Notes: generated by a model from the letters alone, not told the origin. Positions 1 through 10,455 are shown, numbered from the stretch's first letter. The stretch is 64,000 nucleotides of DNA from an uncultured Gemmatimonadaceae bacterium (GCA_963829055.1 CAWHHI010000020.1:896001-960000); one strand, 5' to 3'. Numbers and translations: made by a program.

Positions 1-1
1 T

Positions 2-1189
2 GGCGGCCACCAGGCGTGCTGTGACCTGACCGCGCGGTAAGCCGGGGCGGCCCGGCAGGATGTTCCAGCCGTTGAACACCACGACCATGTCGTCGTCCGG
101 GAACGTCATCGGGAACTGCCCGCCGAAGCCCGAGCCGCCCCAGATGTACTTCGACCCATCTCGCGGGTCGGGATACAGCCACCACTTGAGACCGTACTTC
201 GGCGCGTTAGGCGCCTCGGCCACCGCGACGGCGGGGGCGATCGAGCTCTTCACCCACTCCGGCGACACGATCTGCTTCCCATCCCACACGCCGTTCTTCA
301 GGAAGAGGTACCAGATCTTCGCGAGATCACGCGACTCGAGGTACAGTCCGCCTTCCGTGTCGATGAGTCCCGACGGACCACGCTTCCAGAACCAGCGCTC
401 GATGCCGATCGGCGCGAACAGGTTCCGCGCGGCGTACTCCTCGATGTCCATCTTCGTCGCGCGACGGAAGATGTAGGCGAGCAGCGCCGACGCGCCGCTG
501 TTGTAGTTCCAGCGCACGCCCGGGTCCTCGGACATCGGACGATCGATCGTGAACTTCACCCAGTCATCGCTCGCCTCCATGCCGACGGCCGCGTTCCTCG
601 GATCGGCGTACGGCAGACTCTCGTTCCAGTCGATGCCGGCCGTCATGGTGAGCAGATGCCGGATCGTCATCTTGCGCTTCCGGTCGTCCACGTTCGCGAC
701 CTTGGACACATCGAAGAACGACAGCACCGGCGTGTCGAGGCTCGGGAACTCGCGGCGCGTAACGGCGACGCCGATGACCACCGACGCGATGGTCTTCGTC
801 ACCGACTGCAGCGTGTGCAGGTCGCCGCGCCGATAGTACGGGTGCCACCACGGGTTGTAATAGTTGTACGGCCCCGTCTCGTCGTGCGCGTTGAGCGCGC
901 CGGTGACGTGCACCGAATCGGCGTACACGCGGTCGTAGTCGTGCGCGTAGCTCTTGTCGTACGCGATCTTCCCGTGACGGATGACGAGCATCCGGTCGAC
1001 GTTCCCGTAGCGGCCCGACGCGATTTCGGCGTCGAGGCTATCGAGGACCTTCGCGTTGAGACCGACGGCCTGCGGCGTGGCGGTCGGCCACGACCTGGTT
1101 GGCCAGGTCTCCCGCGCCGCGGACTGCGCGGCCGCTACCGACGCGGTAGCGATGGACAGTGACGCTACGACGTAGCGGATGGTTCGCAC
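2..1189 (-). CDS. Serine hydrolase, beta-lactamase/AmpC-like family, signal peptide; 3' end runs off the window
   Basis: Not in the ORF track (no stop inside the window). Manual translation from GTG 1189: MRTIRYVVASLSIATASVAAAQ...LHTLQSVTKTIAS (SxxK), WNYNSGAS, GSGFGGQ. Confidence 0.85.
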   Translation of the reverse strand, partial: MRTIRYVVASLSIATASVAAAQSAARETWPTRSWPTATPQAVGLNAKVLDSLDAEIASGRYGNVDRMLVIRHGKIAYDKSYAHDYDRVYADSVHVTGALNAHDETGPYNYYNPWWHPYYRRGDLHTLQSVTKTIASVVIGVAVTRREFPSLDTPVLSFFDVSKVANVDDRKRKMTIRHLLTMTAGIDWNESLPYADPRNAAVGMEASDDWVKFTIDRPMSEDPGVRWNYNSGASALLAYIFRRATKMDIEEYAARNLFAPIGIERWFWKRGPSGLIDTEGGLYLESRDLAKIWYLFLKNGVWDGKQIVSPEWVKSSIAPAVAVAEAPNAPKYGLKWWLYPDPRDGSKYIWGGSGFGGQFPMTFPDDDMVVVFNGWNILPGRPGLPRGQVTARLVAA

Positions 1190-1373
1190 GGTGGATGGAG
1201 GCAAGTGTGGATCGAGATGGACGCGACGAACACGCGATTCGCCGCCAAGCTTCGTCTCGAACCGAACCGGGCGCTAGCAGCCTATTGTGGCGCCTCGCGT
1301 TTGTCGTCCCGAACGTCAGCGATGGACCTTGCGTGAAGTACTCGTGGCAGGCCGGCTACAATGACATCACAGA

Positions 1374-1429
1374 AGGTCCCTCGTCGCTGTCGCTCCTCGG
1401 GATGACCATCGCTGACGCTCGGGATGACA
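1374..1429. repeat. Partial (right-arm) copy of the GTCAT(T/C)CCGAG REP-like repeat family
   Basis: aggtccctcgtcgctgtcgctcctcgggatgac followed by cgctcgggatgaca; resembles the CGCTCGGAATGACA arms of the copies at 2714, 10318 and 35722. Confidence 0.55.
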
Positions 1430-1518
1430 CACGTCCGTTGCCGACCGCACCTCCGCGCGACATACTGTTCGCTCAGCCTCGAGACTCCCCTCGAGACGCT
1501 CCCGGCAACGGAGGTTCC

Positions 1519-2322
1519 ATGCAGCGAAGAGAGTTCGTCGTCCGCTCCGCGGTCGGTTCGGTCGCCCTCGGCGCCGGCAAGATCCCCTTCAGCGGCGAAC
1601 GCGCCGAGTCCACCATGCATTCCGGGAGGGCTGCTACGCGAAAGATCCTCATCGCCGGCGGCGGGTTCGGCACGGCGTTCATCCGCTACATGGCACAGCT
1701 GACCGGCAAACCGCGCCCGAAGCTCCTCTACTTCCCCACCGCGTCCGCCGACAGCCCCAACGGGTCGCTCACGTGGTTTCAGAACTGCGCGCCGCTCAAC
1801 GTCGAGGCGTCGGTACAGAACAGCTTCATCGCGAGCACCCAACAGTCGAGAGGATGGGACGAGGTGCTCCTCTCGGTCGACGGCATCGTCTGCTCCGGCG
1901 GCAACACGCTGAATCAGCAGGCGATCTGGAAAGCGCAGGGCATCGACCAGGTCCTCCGACAGGCATGGGACCAGGGCGTCGTCCTCGGCGGCGCGAGCGC
2001 GGGCTCGTTATGCTGGTTCGAGGAAGGCACCACGGACTCGCGTCCGAAAGAATTGTCGACCGTGCAGTGCCTCGGCTTCCTCAAGGGCAGTCACTCGCCG
2101 CACTACGACCGCGAGCCCGGCCGTCGCCCGCTGTACCAGAAGCTGATCAGCTCGGGGCAGATGAAGCCCGGCTACGCATGCGACAACGACGCCGGCATCT
2201 ACTTCGAGGACAACGAAGTGAAGCGCGTCGTTCATACGCGCCCGGAAGCGAAGGTGTACTACGTGAGCGCCGTCGGCGGTAAGGCTGTCGAGAAGCTCAT
2301 GGAGCCGGAGATGATCTCGTAG
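1519..2322 (+). CDS. Peptidase E / S51 family (class I glutamine amidotransferase-like) with twin-arginine signal
   Basis: GGAGG RBS before ATG 1519; QRREFV Tat motif; PTASAD, SGGNT, GGASAGS nucleophile elbow, SPHYD. Confidence 0.88.
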   Translation: MQRREFVVRSAVGSVALGAGKIPFSGERAESTMHSGRAATRKILIAGGGFGTAFIRYMAQLTGKPRPKLLYFPTASADSPNGSLTWFQNCAPLNVEASVQNSFIASTQQSRGWDEVLLSVDGIVCSGGNTLNQQAIWKAQGIDQVLRQAWDQGVVLGGASAGSLCWFEEGTTDSRPKELSTVQCLGFLKGSHSPHYDREPGRRPLYQKLISSGQMKPGYACDNDAGIYFEDNEVKRVVHTRPEAKVYYVSAVGGKAVEKLMEPEMIS

Positions 2323-2357
2323 GCGTCCAGTCGTCCCATTCCTCGTTGGAGTGACCG

Positions 2358-2561
2358 GTGCAGAAGAAGAAAGCAATCCTGCTCAAGCAGGAGTGGGGTG
2401 ACAAGCCGTGCACGCACCCCGCGTTGGCCAAGGAGTACGACCTCGGCGAACGTACCGGTAACTACGTCTGCACCACGTGTGGCGCGACACTGACCTTCCG
2501 TGAGAAGGCCGAGCTCGCGGCCTCGCGACGCGGCGCGACCGAGGGTGACGAGAAGTCGTGA
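2358..2561 (+). CDS. Small putative Zn-binding protein (CxH...CxxC)
   Basis: GGAG upstream of the GTG start; KPCTHP...YVCTTCG; GC3-rich codon usage. Confidence 0.7.
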   Translation: MQKKKAILLKQEWGDKPCTHPALAKEYDLGERTGNYVCTTCGATLTFREKAELAASRRGATEGDEKS

Positions 2562-2713
2562 AGCGAGTCGTGATCGCCGCGACGATCGTCTGATGATCTC
2601 AGCGCGCCGTCGCGGCGCACCGCGCGCTCGTCGTGTCGTCCGGCGACGGTCCGCGCATGAAGAACCGACGCGCCGCTCCAGTAGCTCTGCCTGATCAGCG
2701 CCTCCGCGTCGGG

Positions 2714-2854
2714 TGTCATTCCGAGCGAAGGCCGAAGGGCCGCAGTCGAGGAATCCTTGGCTCACCGGGTAGAGGGCTCTCTACCGGGACGCCAACGATT
2801 CCTCGACTCGCTCGACGCTCGCTCGGAATGACACGCGCTCCGCTCGGAATGACA
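2714..2854. repeat. REP/MITE-like palindromic element, copy 1
   Basis: TGTCATTCCGAGCG...GTCGAGGAATC...GGTAGAGGGCTCTCTACC...GATTCCTCGAC...CGCTCGGAATGACA, with the right arm doubled. Confidence 0.9.
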
Positions 2855-3805
2855 CCGCTCCGCCTTCTCGAGGAGCTGCAGGTCGCGTTGTGCCATGTCC
2901 AGCGTAAACCGCGGCGGGATGCCCGAACGAACCGCATTCATGAAGTCAGTGAGCATTCCATGATATCCGAATGGATCGTTGGAGGCGAACACCCGGATAG
3001 ACCGACGTCGACCAGTCGTCACCGCCGCGAGCCCGTTGGACTCGAACGTGACCGCGCCTAACGTCCCCTGCACCTTCGACAGCCGGAGACCACCGAATGG
3101 GGCAGCGAGCTCCCAGGAATGCGCCAGTGTTCCGACCGCGCCGCCCACATACTGGAATACGACCAGCGTGCTGCGCTCCGGATCGTCCACCGGGCCCGCC
3201 CGGTACCCGCGCACGTCCTCGACTTCGAGCCCGAGGTTCGCCGCGAAGCTCACCCAGTGCACGCCGCCCTCGAACAACGCGCCACCCCCACTCGTCGCCG
3301 GCTCGCCGCGCCAGCCATCCGCGCGTCGTCGCTTCGTGGCGTTGATGCCGACGAATCTGATCTCACCAAGATCGCCGTCCTGAATCGAACGACGCAGGTG
3401 ATCCGCCAACGGCTTGTACGCATAGTTCTCGGCCACGAATACCTGGCGACCCGCGATCGCCGCGATCTCGCGAACGGCATCGGCATCGCACGAGCGCATG
3501 AACGCGGGCTTCTCGACGATGACGTGCTTCCCTGCCTTCAGCGCCTCCACAGTAAGAGCACGATGCGTCACCGTCGGCGTCGCCACGAGCGCGACGTCCA
3601 CGCGCGGCTCCGCCAGCGCGTCGGCGTAGGAGCCGAACGCGCGTCGCCCACCATAGCGTCGGCGGTACACCTCCGCACGCTCGGCGTCGCGGCTCGCGTA
3701 GAACAACTCCACACCGCCAATCCGCCGCAGGACGCGACTGTGCATTCGCGACGCGACTCCGCAGCCGAGGAGTAGAACGCCCAACCGCTCTGTGCTCGCG
3801 TTCAT
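2762..3805 (-). CDS. Gfo/Idh/MocA family oxidoreductase; C-terminus reads through the repeat
   Basis: MNASTERLGVLLLGCGVAS; VATPTVTH; GKHVIVEKP; GGGALFEGGVHW. Confidence 0.9.
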   Translation of the reverse strand: MNASTERLGVLLLGCGVASRMHSRVLRRIGGVELFYASRDAERAEVYRRRYGGRRAFGSYADALAEPRVDVALVATPTVTHRALTVEALKAGKHVIVEKPAFMRSCDADAVREIAAIAGRQVFVAENYAYKPLADHLRRSIQDGDLGEIRFVGINATKRRRADGWRGEPATSGGGALFEGGVHWVSFAANLGLEVEDVRGYRAGPVDDPERSTLVVFQYVGGAVGTLAHSWELAAPFGGLRLSKVQGTLGAVTFESNGLAAVTTGRRRSIRVFASNDPFGYHGMLTDFMNAVRSGIPPRFTLDMAQRDLQLLEKAERCHSERSACHSERASSESRNRWRPGREPSTR

Positions 3806-4694
3806 GGGAGTGCTCCGGGAGTGCTCCGGTCGTGTGATTGGAGCCGGCCTGCACCGCGCGTCGGGTACTCGTCGTATCACGCAACGCCATCGTACCCGCC
3901 GCAATGATCGCTGCCCAGATGGCGACGTACGCTGGAACGAAGTACCGTCGCCACACCAGCATGGCGGGGAATCGGATCGGCTTGCCGGAGAACTTGCCCC
4001 GCGGCTTCGACGGGAAGAAGAACGTCTTGTACGTCTCGGCCGTCGCCCGCTCGTAGCCGATGGCGGCGACCGCGATTTGCAGGTAGCTGTCGGTGAGGAG
4101 CGACAGCAGCAGTGCGAACACAACCGTTAGGCACGGACTGCGGAAGAACTTGCGGACGTCGAAGCCTTCCGTCGGGGCGTCCTTCCAGGCGCCGCCGAAC
4201 GCGATGATGCTGCCCACCGTGAGGCCGACGAACGCGATCTTCATCGTCGTCGCTCCACCGACCGAGCCGCGGCCCGCGTGCGCGATGGCGACGAGACAGG
4301 CCGTGACGATACCGACGTACCCCGCGCCAGCAGCCAGCCGGATGCGACGCGCCGTCACCGGCACGCCGTGCACGCTGAACTGCATCGGGATCGTGTACTT
4401 CGACTGATCCTCCTCGCGCACGAACGTTTTCCACGTTTCCACAATACCTCGCTCGGCTGCATAGGCGAGACCGAAGAGCACGAGCAGCGCACCAGCGGTG
4501 TCCACTGACAGTCCGAGCGCGACGTGGATCGCCACGGCGACGCTTGCCCCGACAACGATGCTTCGCGCGAAGCGCCGTACCGAGAACCCTTCGTGAATCG
4601 CATCCTTGTACATGCCCCAGATCGCGGTGTGGGCGCCCGAGAGTATGCCGACCGCGAGAGCAATGGCGAGAGAGCGCGGAGAGATCGGTGTCAT
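3802..4694 (-). CDS. Multi-pass membrane protein with a two-fold internal repeat; probable frameshift near the 3' end
   Basis: Hydrophobic, with repeats GMYKDAIHEGFSVRRFARS and GAWKDAPTEGFDVRKFFRS. The track ORF runs to 3363 over the Gfo gene; an ATGA at 3802-3805 matches the coupling used elsewhere in the operon. Confidence 0.75.
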
Positions 4695-6301
4695 CGGGCG
4701 GCGTTAGGTGAGGTGGTGTGGCGGTCATCGATCACTGAGAGACGGCGGGTGTGCGCCACGGCCGCGGACGGAGCGAGCCGAGCCCCGATCCGGAGCGCGT
4801 TCGCGGCGATGGTCAGGCTCGGGTTCACGCCGGCCGCCCGCGGGAGCGCGCTCGCGTCAGTGACGTACAGGTTGTCGAGTCCGCGAAAGCGGCCGTGCTC
4901 GTCCAGCGGCGCCGTGTGAGGGTCACTGCCCATGCGCACGGTCCCGAGCGCGTGCGAGAACGTCTCGATCGGATGGACGTACGTGATGCGCGCGCCAGCC
5001 TCGCGCAGAATGCGCTTCGCGTGAGCGGCCAGCGCGGCCGCCGCGGCCTCATCGCGCGCGGTGTGCGCGTGCGATACGCGAAGACGCGGTAGCCCGAAGC
5101 GATCGCGATTCGTCCAGTCGATCGACACCGCGTTCTCACGCCTCGGCTGGTCTTCCGCGATCACGAGCAGCCCGGTCGCGTGTGACACGAGCGTCGCTGC
5201 GGGATCACGGACGAGCACCGGCATGTACGCGCGCACCAGCTCGACCGGGGGCGTCATCTGCTGGATGCCCCCGAGCGTACCGGTCAGCGCCCCATTTTCC
5301 GGATCACCGTCGTAGAAATCGTGAATGGCGATCTGCTTGTCGAAGCCGCGCTCGGGATTCGGTTGCCGAGCGTAGACGCCGAACACGACGGCGTTGCAAT
5401 GGCGCATGAGGTAGCGGCCGACGGAAGCTCCGGCGGGGTTGCAGCTCTCGAGCTTCGACGCGAGCAGCAGATGCGGCGTCGCCAGCGCGCCCGCGGCAAG
5501 CACGAAGCGTTCGGCCGAGAACGTGGAGCGCTCACCGGTGACGCGATCCACGCACTCCACCGCCGCGACACGCGATCCGTCGCGCACGAGCCTGACGCAG
5601 ACCGTGTTCGCGCGAAGCGTCATCCCGCGCCGCGTGAGATCCGGGATGACCGTGGTCGCGATGTCGTTCTTCGCTTCGGCGGCGCAGGCGTACCCGTCGC
5701 AGGTGCCGCAGCGCACGCACGCCCGACGATCCGACGCGCCCTCGTAGGAGATGGCGAGCGGAATGCGAAACGGCCGGAGTCCGAGTCGATTGGACGCGTC
5801 GGCGATGGTGCGTGCCGTGCGCGAGAGCGGAGCTGGCGGCTGCGGGTACGGCGCGCTGCGCCACGGTTCCGTCGGATCGACGCCGGCCTCGCCAGCGACA
5901 CCCAGGAGCTGCTCGGCCCGCGAGTAGAACGGCTCCATCGCGTCGTAATCGAACGGCCACTCGGCCCCCGAGTCGCCGACGATGGCGTCGTTAGGCTCGA
6001 AGTCTCGTTCGCGAAAACGCAGCGACGCACCACCGTAGAACACCGACTGTCCGCCCACGCAGTGCCACGACCCCGCCCGGTAGCGCCGTCCGCGAGATGA
6101 AACGTCGTACGGCGTCTCGGTCGTGTAGTGCGGCGTGATGAGCCCGACGCCGCTCGCGTCCCAGTTCTGCGGCCCCCGGGCGACCCAGCCGCCTCGCTCG
6201 AGCATCAGCACGCGTTGTCCCGCCGTCACGAGCGCGTGCGCCGCCATGGCGCCGCCGAAGCCGCTGCCGATGACGATTGCGTCCCACATCCTCGCGGTCA
6301 T
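4691..6301 (-). CDS. GMC family FAD oxidoreductase with a Cys cluster
   Basis: DAIVIGSGFGG; CVRCGTCDGYAC; LAAGALATP; HALGTVRMG; NPSLTIAANALR. ATGA overlaps at both ends. Confidence 0.92.
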   Translation of the reverse strand: MTARMWDAIVIGSGFGGAMAAHALVTAGQRVLMLERGGWVARGPQNWDASGVGLITPHYTTETPYDVSSRGRRYRAGSWHCVGGQSVFYGGASLRFRERDFEPNDAIVGDSGAEWPFDYDAMEPFYSRAEQLLGVAGEAGVDPTEPWRSAPYPQPPAPLSRTARTIADASNRLGLRPFRIPLAISYEGASDRRACVRCGTCDGYACAAEAKNDIATTVIPDLTRRGMTLRANTVCVRLVRDGSRVAAVECVDRVTGERSTFSAERFVLAAGALATPHLLLASKLESCNPAGASVGRYLMRHCNAVVFGVYARQPNPERGFDKQIAIHDFYDGDPENGALTGTLGGIQQMTPPVELVRAYMPVLVRDPAATLVSHATGLLVIAEDQPRRENAVSIDWTNRDRFGLPRLRVSHAHTARDEAAAAALAAHAKRILREAGARITYVHPIETFSHALGTVRMGSDPHTAPLDEHGRFRGLDNLYVTDASALPRAAGVNPSLTIAANALRIGARLAPSAAVAHTRRLSVIDDRHTTSPNAAR

Positions 6302-7203
6302 CGCGCGCCTCCGACCTGGCGGGCGATGACTTGCGAACGTGGCGCGATGAGCAGGCGCGTGAGCTCCTGCGGCGCCTCCTCGTGTGGGAAGTGTCCGACG
6401 CCCGCCATGTGCTCGATGCGGAGCAGGGTGCCTAACGGCTCCAGCGCGACCAGCTCTGCCTGCTCCGGGCCCGCGGAATGCGGTGCGTCGCCAAGCACGA
6501 CCGTGACTGGAACGGTGATTCGGCTGATCAGCGTGCCTAGCGAGTCCGGTTCCTCGGTGCGACCGAGGCGGATCGCCAACGCGATCGCGCGACCGATCCC
6601 GTCGAGCATCGGCTCGGTGTACGCGCACTGCGTCTCGTGGTCGAGCCATTCCCGGCGGCCCGCGCTTTCCTCGAGACCGCGAACCAGCCGCCGCCGGATG
6701 AAGCCGCGGCCGCCGGGCATGTGGGCGATCAACGGAACCAGGCGGAGCGAGCTGCTGAAGATCGGCGAGTGGTGATTGGGCAGCGCGCCGACATCGAGGA
6801 AGTACAGCGCTGCAACGCGCTGCGGAGCCTGGGTCGATAGTCGGAGCGCGACTCCAGCCCCGTGCGCATGACCGACGACGCGTGCCGCTGTGACGCCTAG
6901 CGAGTCGAGCACGCGGTCGACGCGTCGCGCGAGGGCGACGAAGCTGACGTCGGCGGAGTCGGCCGACAGCAGGTATGGGTCGATGCTGACGACGCGGCGA
7001 TTCTGCTCGACGAGCTGCGCTTCGAGTCGGCGAAAGCCGGCAACGCCGCCGACCAGTCCGCTGAGCAGCACGAACGTCTCGGGCCCAGTGCCCGCGACGC
7101 GAATGGCTGGAACGTCGTGCGCTCGCTGCGCGTATGCGGGCGAGGACAGCGTGGTGGCGAGTAGTCCGGCGGTGACGAGCGCGTGAATGTATGCGGACGA
7201 CAT
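6298..7203 (-). CDS. Alpha/beta-fold hydrolase homolog with signal peptide; nucleophile Ser replaced by Ala
   Basis: GGAG RBS; GTGPETFVLLSGL; VVGHAHGAGVAL; GVGHFPHEEAP. Confidence 0.85.
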   Translation of the reverse strand: MSSAYIHALVTAGLLATTLSSPAYAQRAHDVPAIRVAGTGPETFVLLSGLVGGVAGFRRLEAQLVEQNRRVVSIDPYLLSADSADVSFVALARRVDRVLDSLGVTAARVVGHAHGAGVALRLSTQAPQRVAALYFLDVGALPNHHSPIFSSSLRLVPLIAHMPGGRGFIRRRLVRGLEESAGRREWLDHETQCAYTEPMLDGIGRAIALAIRLGRTEEPDSLGTLISRITVPVTVVLGDAPHSAGPEQAELVALEPLGTLLRIEHMAGVGHFPHEEAPQELTRLLIAPRSQVIARQVGGAR

Positions 7204-7414
7204 GACGGCTCCGACGGTTGGGGATGCAGGCGGCGAAGTGGGTCGAACGTCATCCCCGTCGCCGCTTGATTCGGAACGCGGAAAGGCCGTCGGAATCGGC
7301 TCACATCCGCTAGCACGTCGTGCTTGACGGCCTCCGACCCGCTGGGTATCGTCGTCGCTCGGGCTGCTATTAGTGCGCTCGTAGTTCGTCGCACTCGCGC
7401 CGCGGTCTCCGTTG

Positions 7415-8035
7415 ATGATGTCTCCCACGCCCTCGCCTTCTCCCTCGTCGTACTCCCCAGACGCTTCGCCTCCTGATGTCACCCAGCTGCTCGTCGGGTG
7501 GAGCGGCGGCGACCGATCCGCGAGCGAACAGCTGATGGCCGCGGTCTACGCCGAGTTGCATCGGCAGGCCGCGCGGGCCATGGGACGCGAGACGCCCGAT
7601 CACACGCTCCAGGCGACGGCGCTCGTGAACGAGGCGTACCTCCGTCTGATCGACCAACGCCGCGTGCAATGGCGCAATCGCGCGCATTTCTTCGGCGTCG
7701 CCGCTCAGCTCATGCGACGCATCCTCGTGGACCACGCGCGCGGCCGTCTCGCGGAAAAGCGCGGCGGCGGGCTTCGACAGGTCACGCTCGGCAATGCCGA
7801 CGCCGCCGGCGACACGATGCCTGACGAGAGCGGCGTCGACGTGCTCGTGCTGCACGAGGCGCTCGAGCGGTTGGCGGCGATCGATCCGCGTCAGGCACGC
7901 ATCGTGGAGCTTCGCTACTTCGGCGGCATGAACATCGAGGACACGGCGGAAGCGCTCGACCTCTCTCCGGCGACGATCAAGCGCGAGTGGGCGGTCGCGA
8001 GGATGTGGCTGCGTCGCGAGCTGCGGAAGTCGTGA
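7415..8035 (+). CDS. ECF sigma-70 factor, ECF43-like (kinase-associated)
   Basis: VYAELHRQA; HTLQATALVNEAYLRL; NRAHFFGVAAQLMRRILVDHAR; VELRYFGG. GTGA overlap with the kinase. Confidence 0.92.
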   Translation: MMSPTPSPSPSSYSPDASPPDVTQLLVGWSGGDRSASEQLMAAVYAELHRQAARAMGRETPDHTLQATALVNEAYLRLIDQRRVQWRNRAHFFGVAAQLMRRILVDHARGRLAEKRGGGLRQVTLGNADAAGDTMPDESGVDVLVLHEALERLAAIDPRQARIVELRYFGGMNIEDTAEALDLSPATIKREWAVARMWLRRELRKS

Positions 8036-10312
8036 CTCCCGAGATGACTCCCGAGCGCTATGCCGAGGTCAAGGCGATCGTCGCCGGAGCGATCGAGACG
8101 CCGATCGGCGAGCGCGCGCGATACGTCGAGCGCGTATGCGGCGCGGATGACGCGCTCCGCCACGAGGTCGACTCGTTGCTCGCCGAAGCCGACACCAGCG
8201 ACAGCCTGCCGGGCATGCGGGCCGCGGTCGCGGACGCGCGCGTTAGGCTCGTGGCCGACGGCGACTCCGCCCTCCTCTCACTCATCGAACGCGCGCTCGG
8301 CACCCAGTACGAGATCCTGAGGACATTGGGTCGCGGCGGGATGGGCGCGGTCTACCTCGCCCGTGAGCGCGCGCTCGATCGACTCGTCGCCGTGAAGGTG
8401 CTGCGCCCGGATCTCGCTGACGCGCCGGAGAGCCGTGAACGGTTCCGCCGCGAGGCGCGGATCGCCGCGCATCTCTCGCATCCCGGCATCCTGCCGCTGC
8501 ACACGTTCAGCGAGATCGACGGGATCTGGTACTTCGTGATGGGGTACGTGCGTGGCCAGTCGCTGGACGAACGGCTGCGCCTCGAGGGCGCGATGCCGGC
8601 CGGCGACGTGCGACGCATTCTCATCGAGCTCGCGGACGCGCTGGAGTGGGCGCACAGACATGGCGTGATCCATCGCGACATCAAGCCGGCGAACATTCTG
8701 CTGGATGACGAATCCGGCCGAACGATTCTCGCGGACTTCGGCATCTCGAAGATCAAGGACGCGGGTGACGGCCTAACGTTGACCGGCGCGGTCTGGGGTA
8801 CTCCCCACTTCATGTCGCCGGAACAGGGCATCGGCTCCTCCGACCTGGACGAGCGGAGCGACATCTATTCGCTCGGAGCGGTTGCGTACACGATGCTCGC
8901 GGGACGAGAGCCGTTCATGGGCGTGCGCCCGGAGGATCTGATCTTCAGACGCCTCTCGCATGATCCGCCCGCACTGCAGACGGTCGCGCCCTCGGTGCCC
9001 GACGATCTCGCGTCCGTCGTGATGCGGTGCCTCGCGCACGACCGCACGGCGCGGTGGCCGAGCGCGTGGGAGCTGCGCGAGGCGCTCGGTCGGGCGAGCG
9101 CCGCGCCGACGGCATCGTTGCCGGAACCGGTGCGTGATCTCCCGAGCTTCGCGCCCGTACGCCGTGTTCTGGGCGTTCGCGTGGACGATTCTCGCGTTCA
9201 TCACGCCGCGCACGGCCGGCGACCGCACGCTGCTCATGCTGGTCGCGATCTGCGTCCCCGTTGGGCTGCTGCTGCACGTCTGGAACATTGGACGACACGG
9301 GCTCGGGCCGCTCGAGCTGGCGCGCATCGCGTCGTGGCCGCCCGAGTGGTGGGGATTGTGGTGGCCGCGCGCGCTCCGGCGCCCGACCGACCTCTGGACG
9401 CGCCTGCCGTGGCAGGCCAGACTCGTTAGGGTCGTGCTCAGCCTGTTCCTGAGCACGCTTCCGGTGCTGGTGCTCACGCGGCAATGGTTCGTCGAGAACG
9501 GCGAGCCGGGTGGGCGCGAGCTCAGGAATCTCGCGTCGCTCGCCGGAGAGGGCCTGCTCGTGCTGGGGACGACCGCCGTTGTGACGGTCGCGTTCCTGTG
9601 GACGCGGCGACATGGGCTTTCGCTGGCGGATGGCGCACGATTGCTGTTCGGCGCGACGTCACCGTCCCCCGCGTGGAGCACGCCGGGGATCTCGCGACTG
9701 CTCCGCGTGCCGGAGGGAAGCGTCAGGCCACCCGACCGAGACTCGCCGGCGGATCACCGGCGCGCGATCGGCGATCTCGTGACGCTGATTCCGACACAGG
9801 CCAGCGACGTTGGCGCCGAGGCGGCGCGAGGCGCCCAGCGCCTCGTGACGGCCATCGAGCAGTGCGACAGGGAGATCTCGCTGCTGGCGCGCGACGCCGG
9901 CTCCGCGGAGCTCGATCGACTGGAGGCGCAGCTCGCGGCGCTGCAGCCCGCTTCGGACGATGAGAGCGCGGACCGGCGCGACCTCAGACAGCTGCTGAAG
10001 CATCAGCTCGAGGTCATGCGTCGCATGCACGCGCGCAGTGAGACGCTGTCGCATCGGCGAGCGCACCTGTTGCACCTGATGCGCGGCTTGTGGTCTCAGC
10101 TCTGCGTCGTGCGCGCCGCGGCGTCTGCCGGCGCAGCTGGCGCGGCGCGCGACGTGGCGCGGCTGGGTGCATTGTGCGCTGAGATCACCGACGCCATCGA
10201 GATGCCCGCGGCGCGCGAGTCACGGACGGATTCCGGCGGCAGCGCGCAGATCGGGGGCACGAGCGTCGGCACCGAGATCCCGCGGGCAGTCTACGTTCAT
10301 CGGGAACGTTAG
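8032..10312 (+). CDS. Membrane Ser/Thr protein kinase with TM helices and a C-terminal coiled-coil region; frameshift near 9155
   Basis: LGRGGMGAVYLA, VAVK, HRDIKPAN, DFG, GTPHFMSPE. Continues in the 9134..10312 frame (YAVFWAFAW...). Confidence 0.85.
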
Positions 10313-10317
10313 GCGGC

Positions 10318-10447
10318 TGTCATTCCGAGCGAGCGGAGCCGGAGCCCAGGAACGTCGGCAGTGAGGAATCGCGATCATACGCGGTAGAGGGCCCTCTACC
10401 GCGCAGAGTCGCGATTCCTCGACTCGCTGTCGCTCGCTCGGAATGAC
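10318..10447. repeat. REP/MITE-like palindromic element, copy 2
   Basis: TGTCATTCCGAGCG...GAGGAATC...CGCGGTAGAGGGCCCTCTACCGCG...GATTCCTCGAC...CGCTCGGAATGAC, between convergent stop codons. Confidence 0.9.
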
Positions 10448-10455
10448 GCATATCC

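Noticed and set aside
2..1189. Antibiotic-resistance beta-lactamase
   Set aside because: SxxK serine hydrolases of this type are mostly esterases or amidases; resistance cannot be inferred from the motifs.
3363..3801. C-terminal extension of the membrane protein ORF
   Set aside because: Arg-rich off-frame read-through over the Gfo/Idh/MocA gene, likely caused by an indel before the ATGA.
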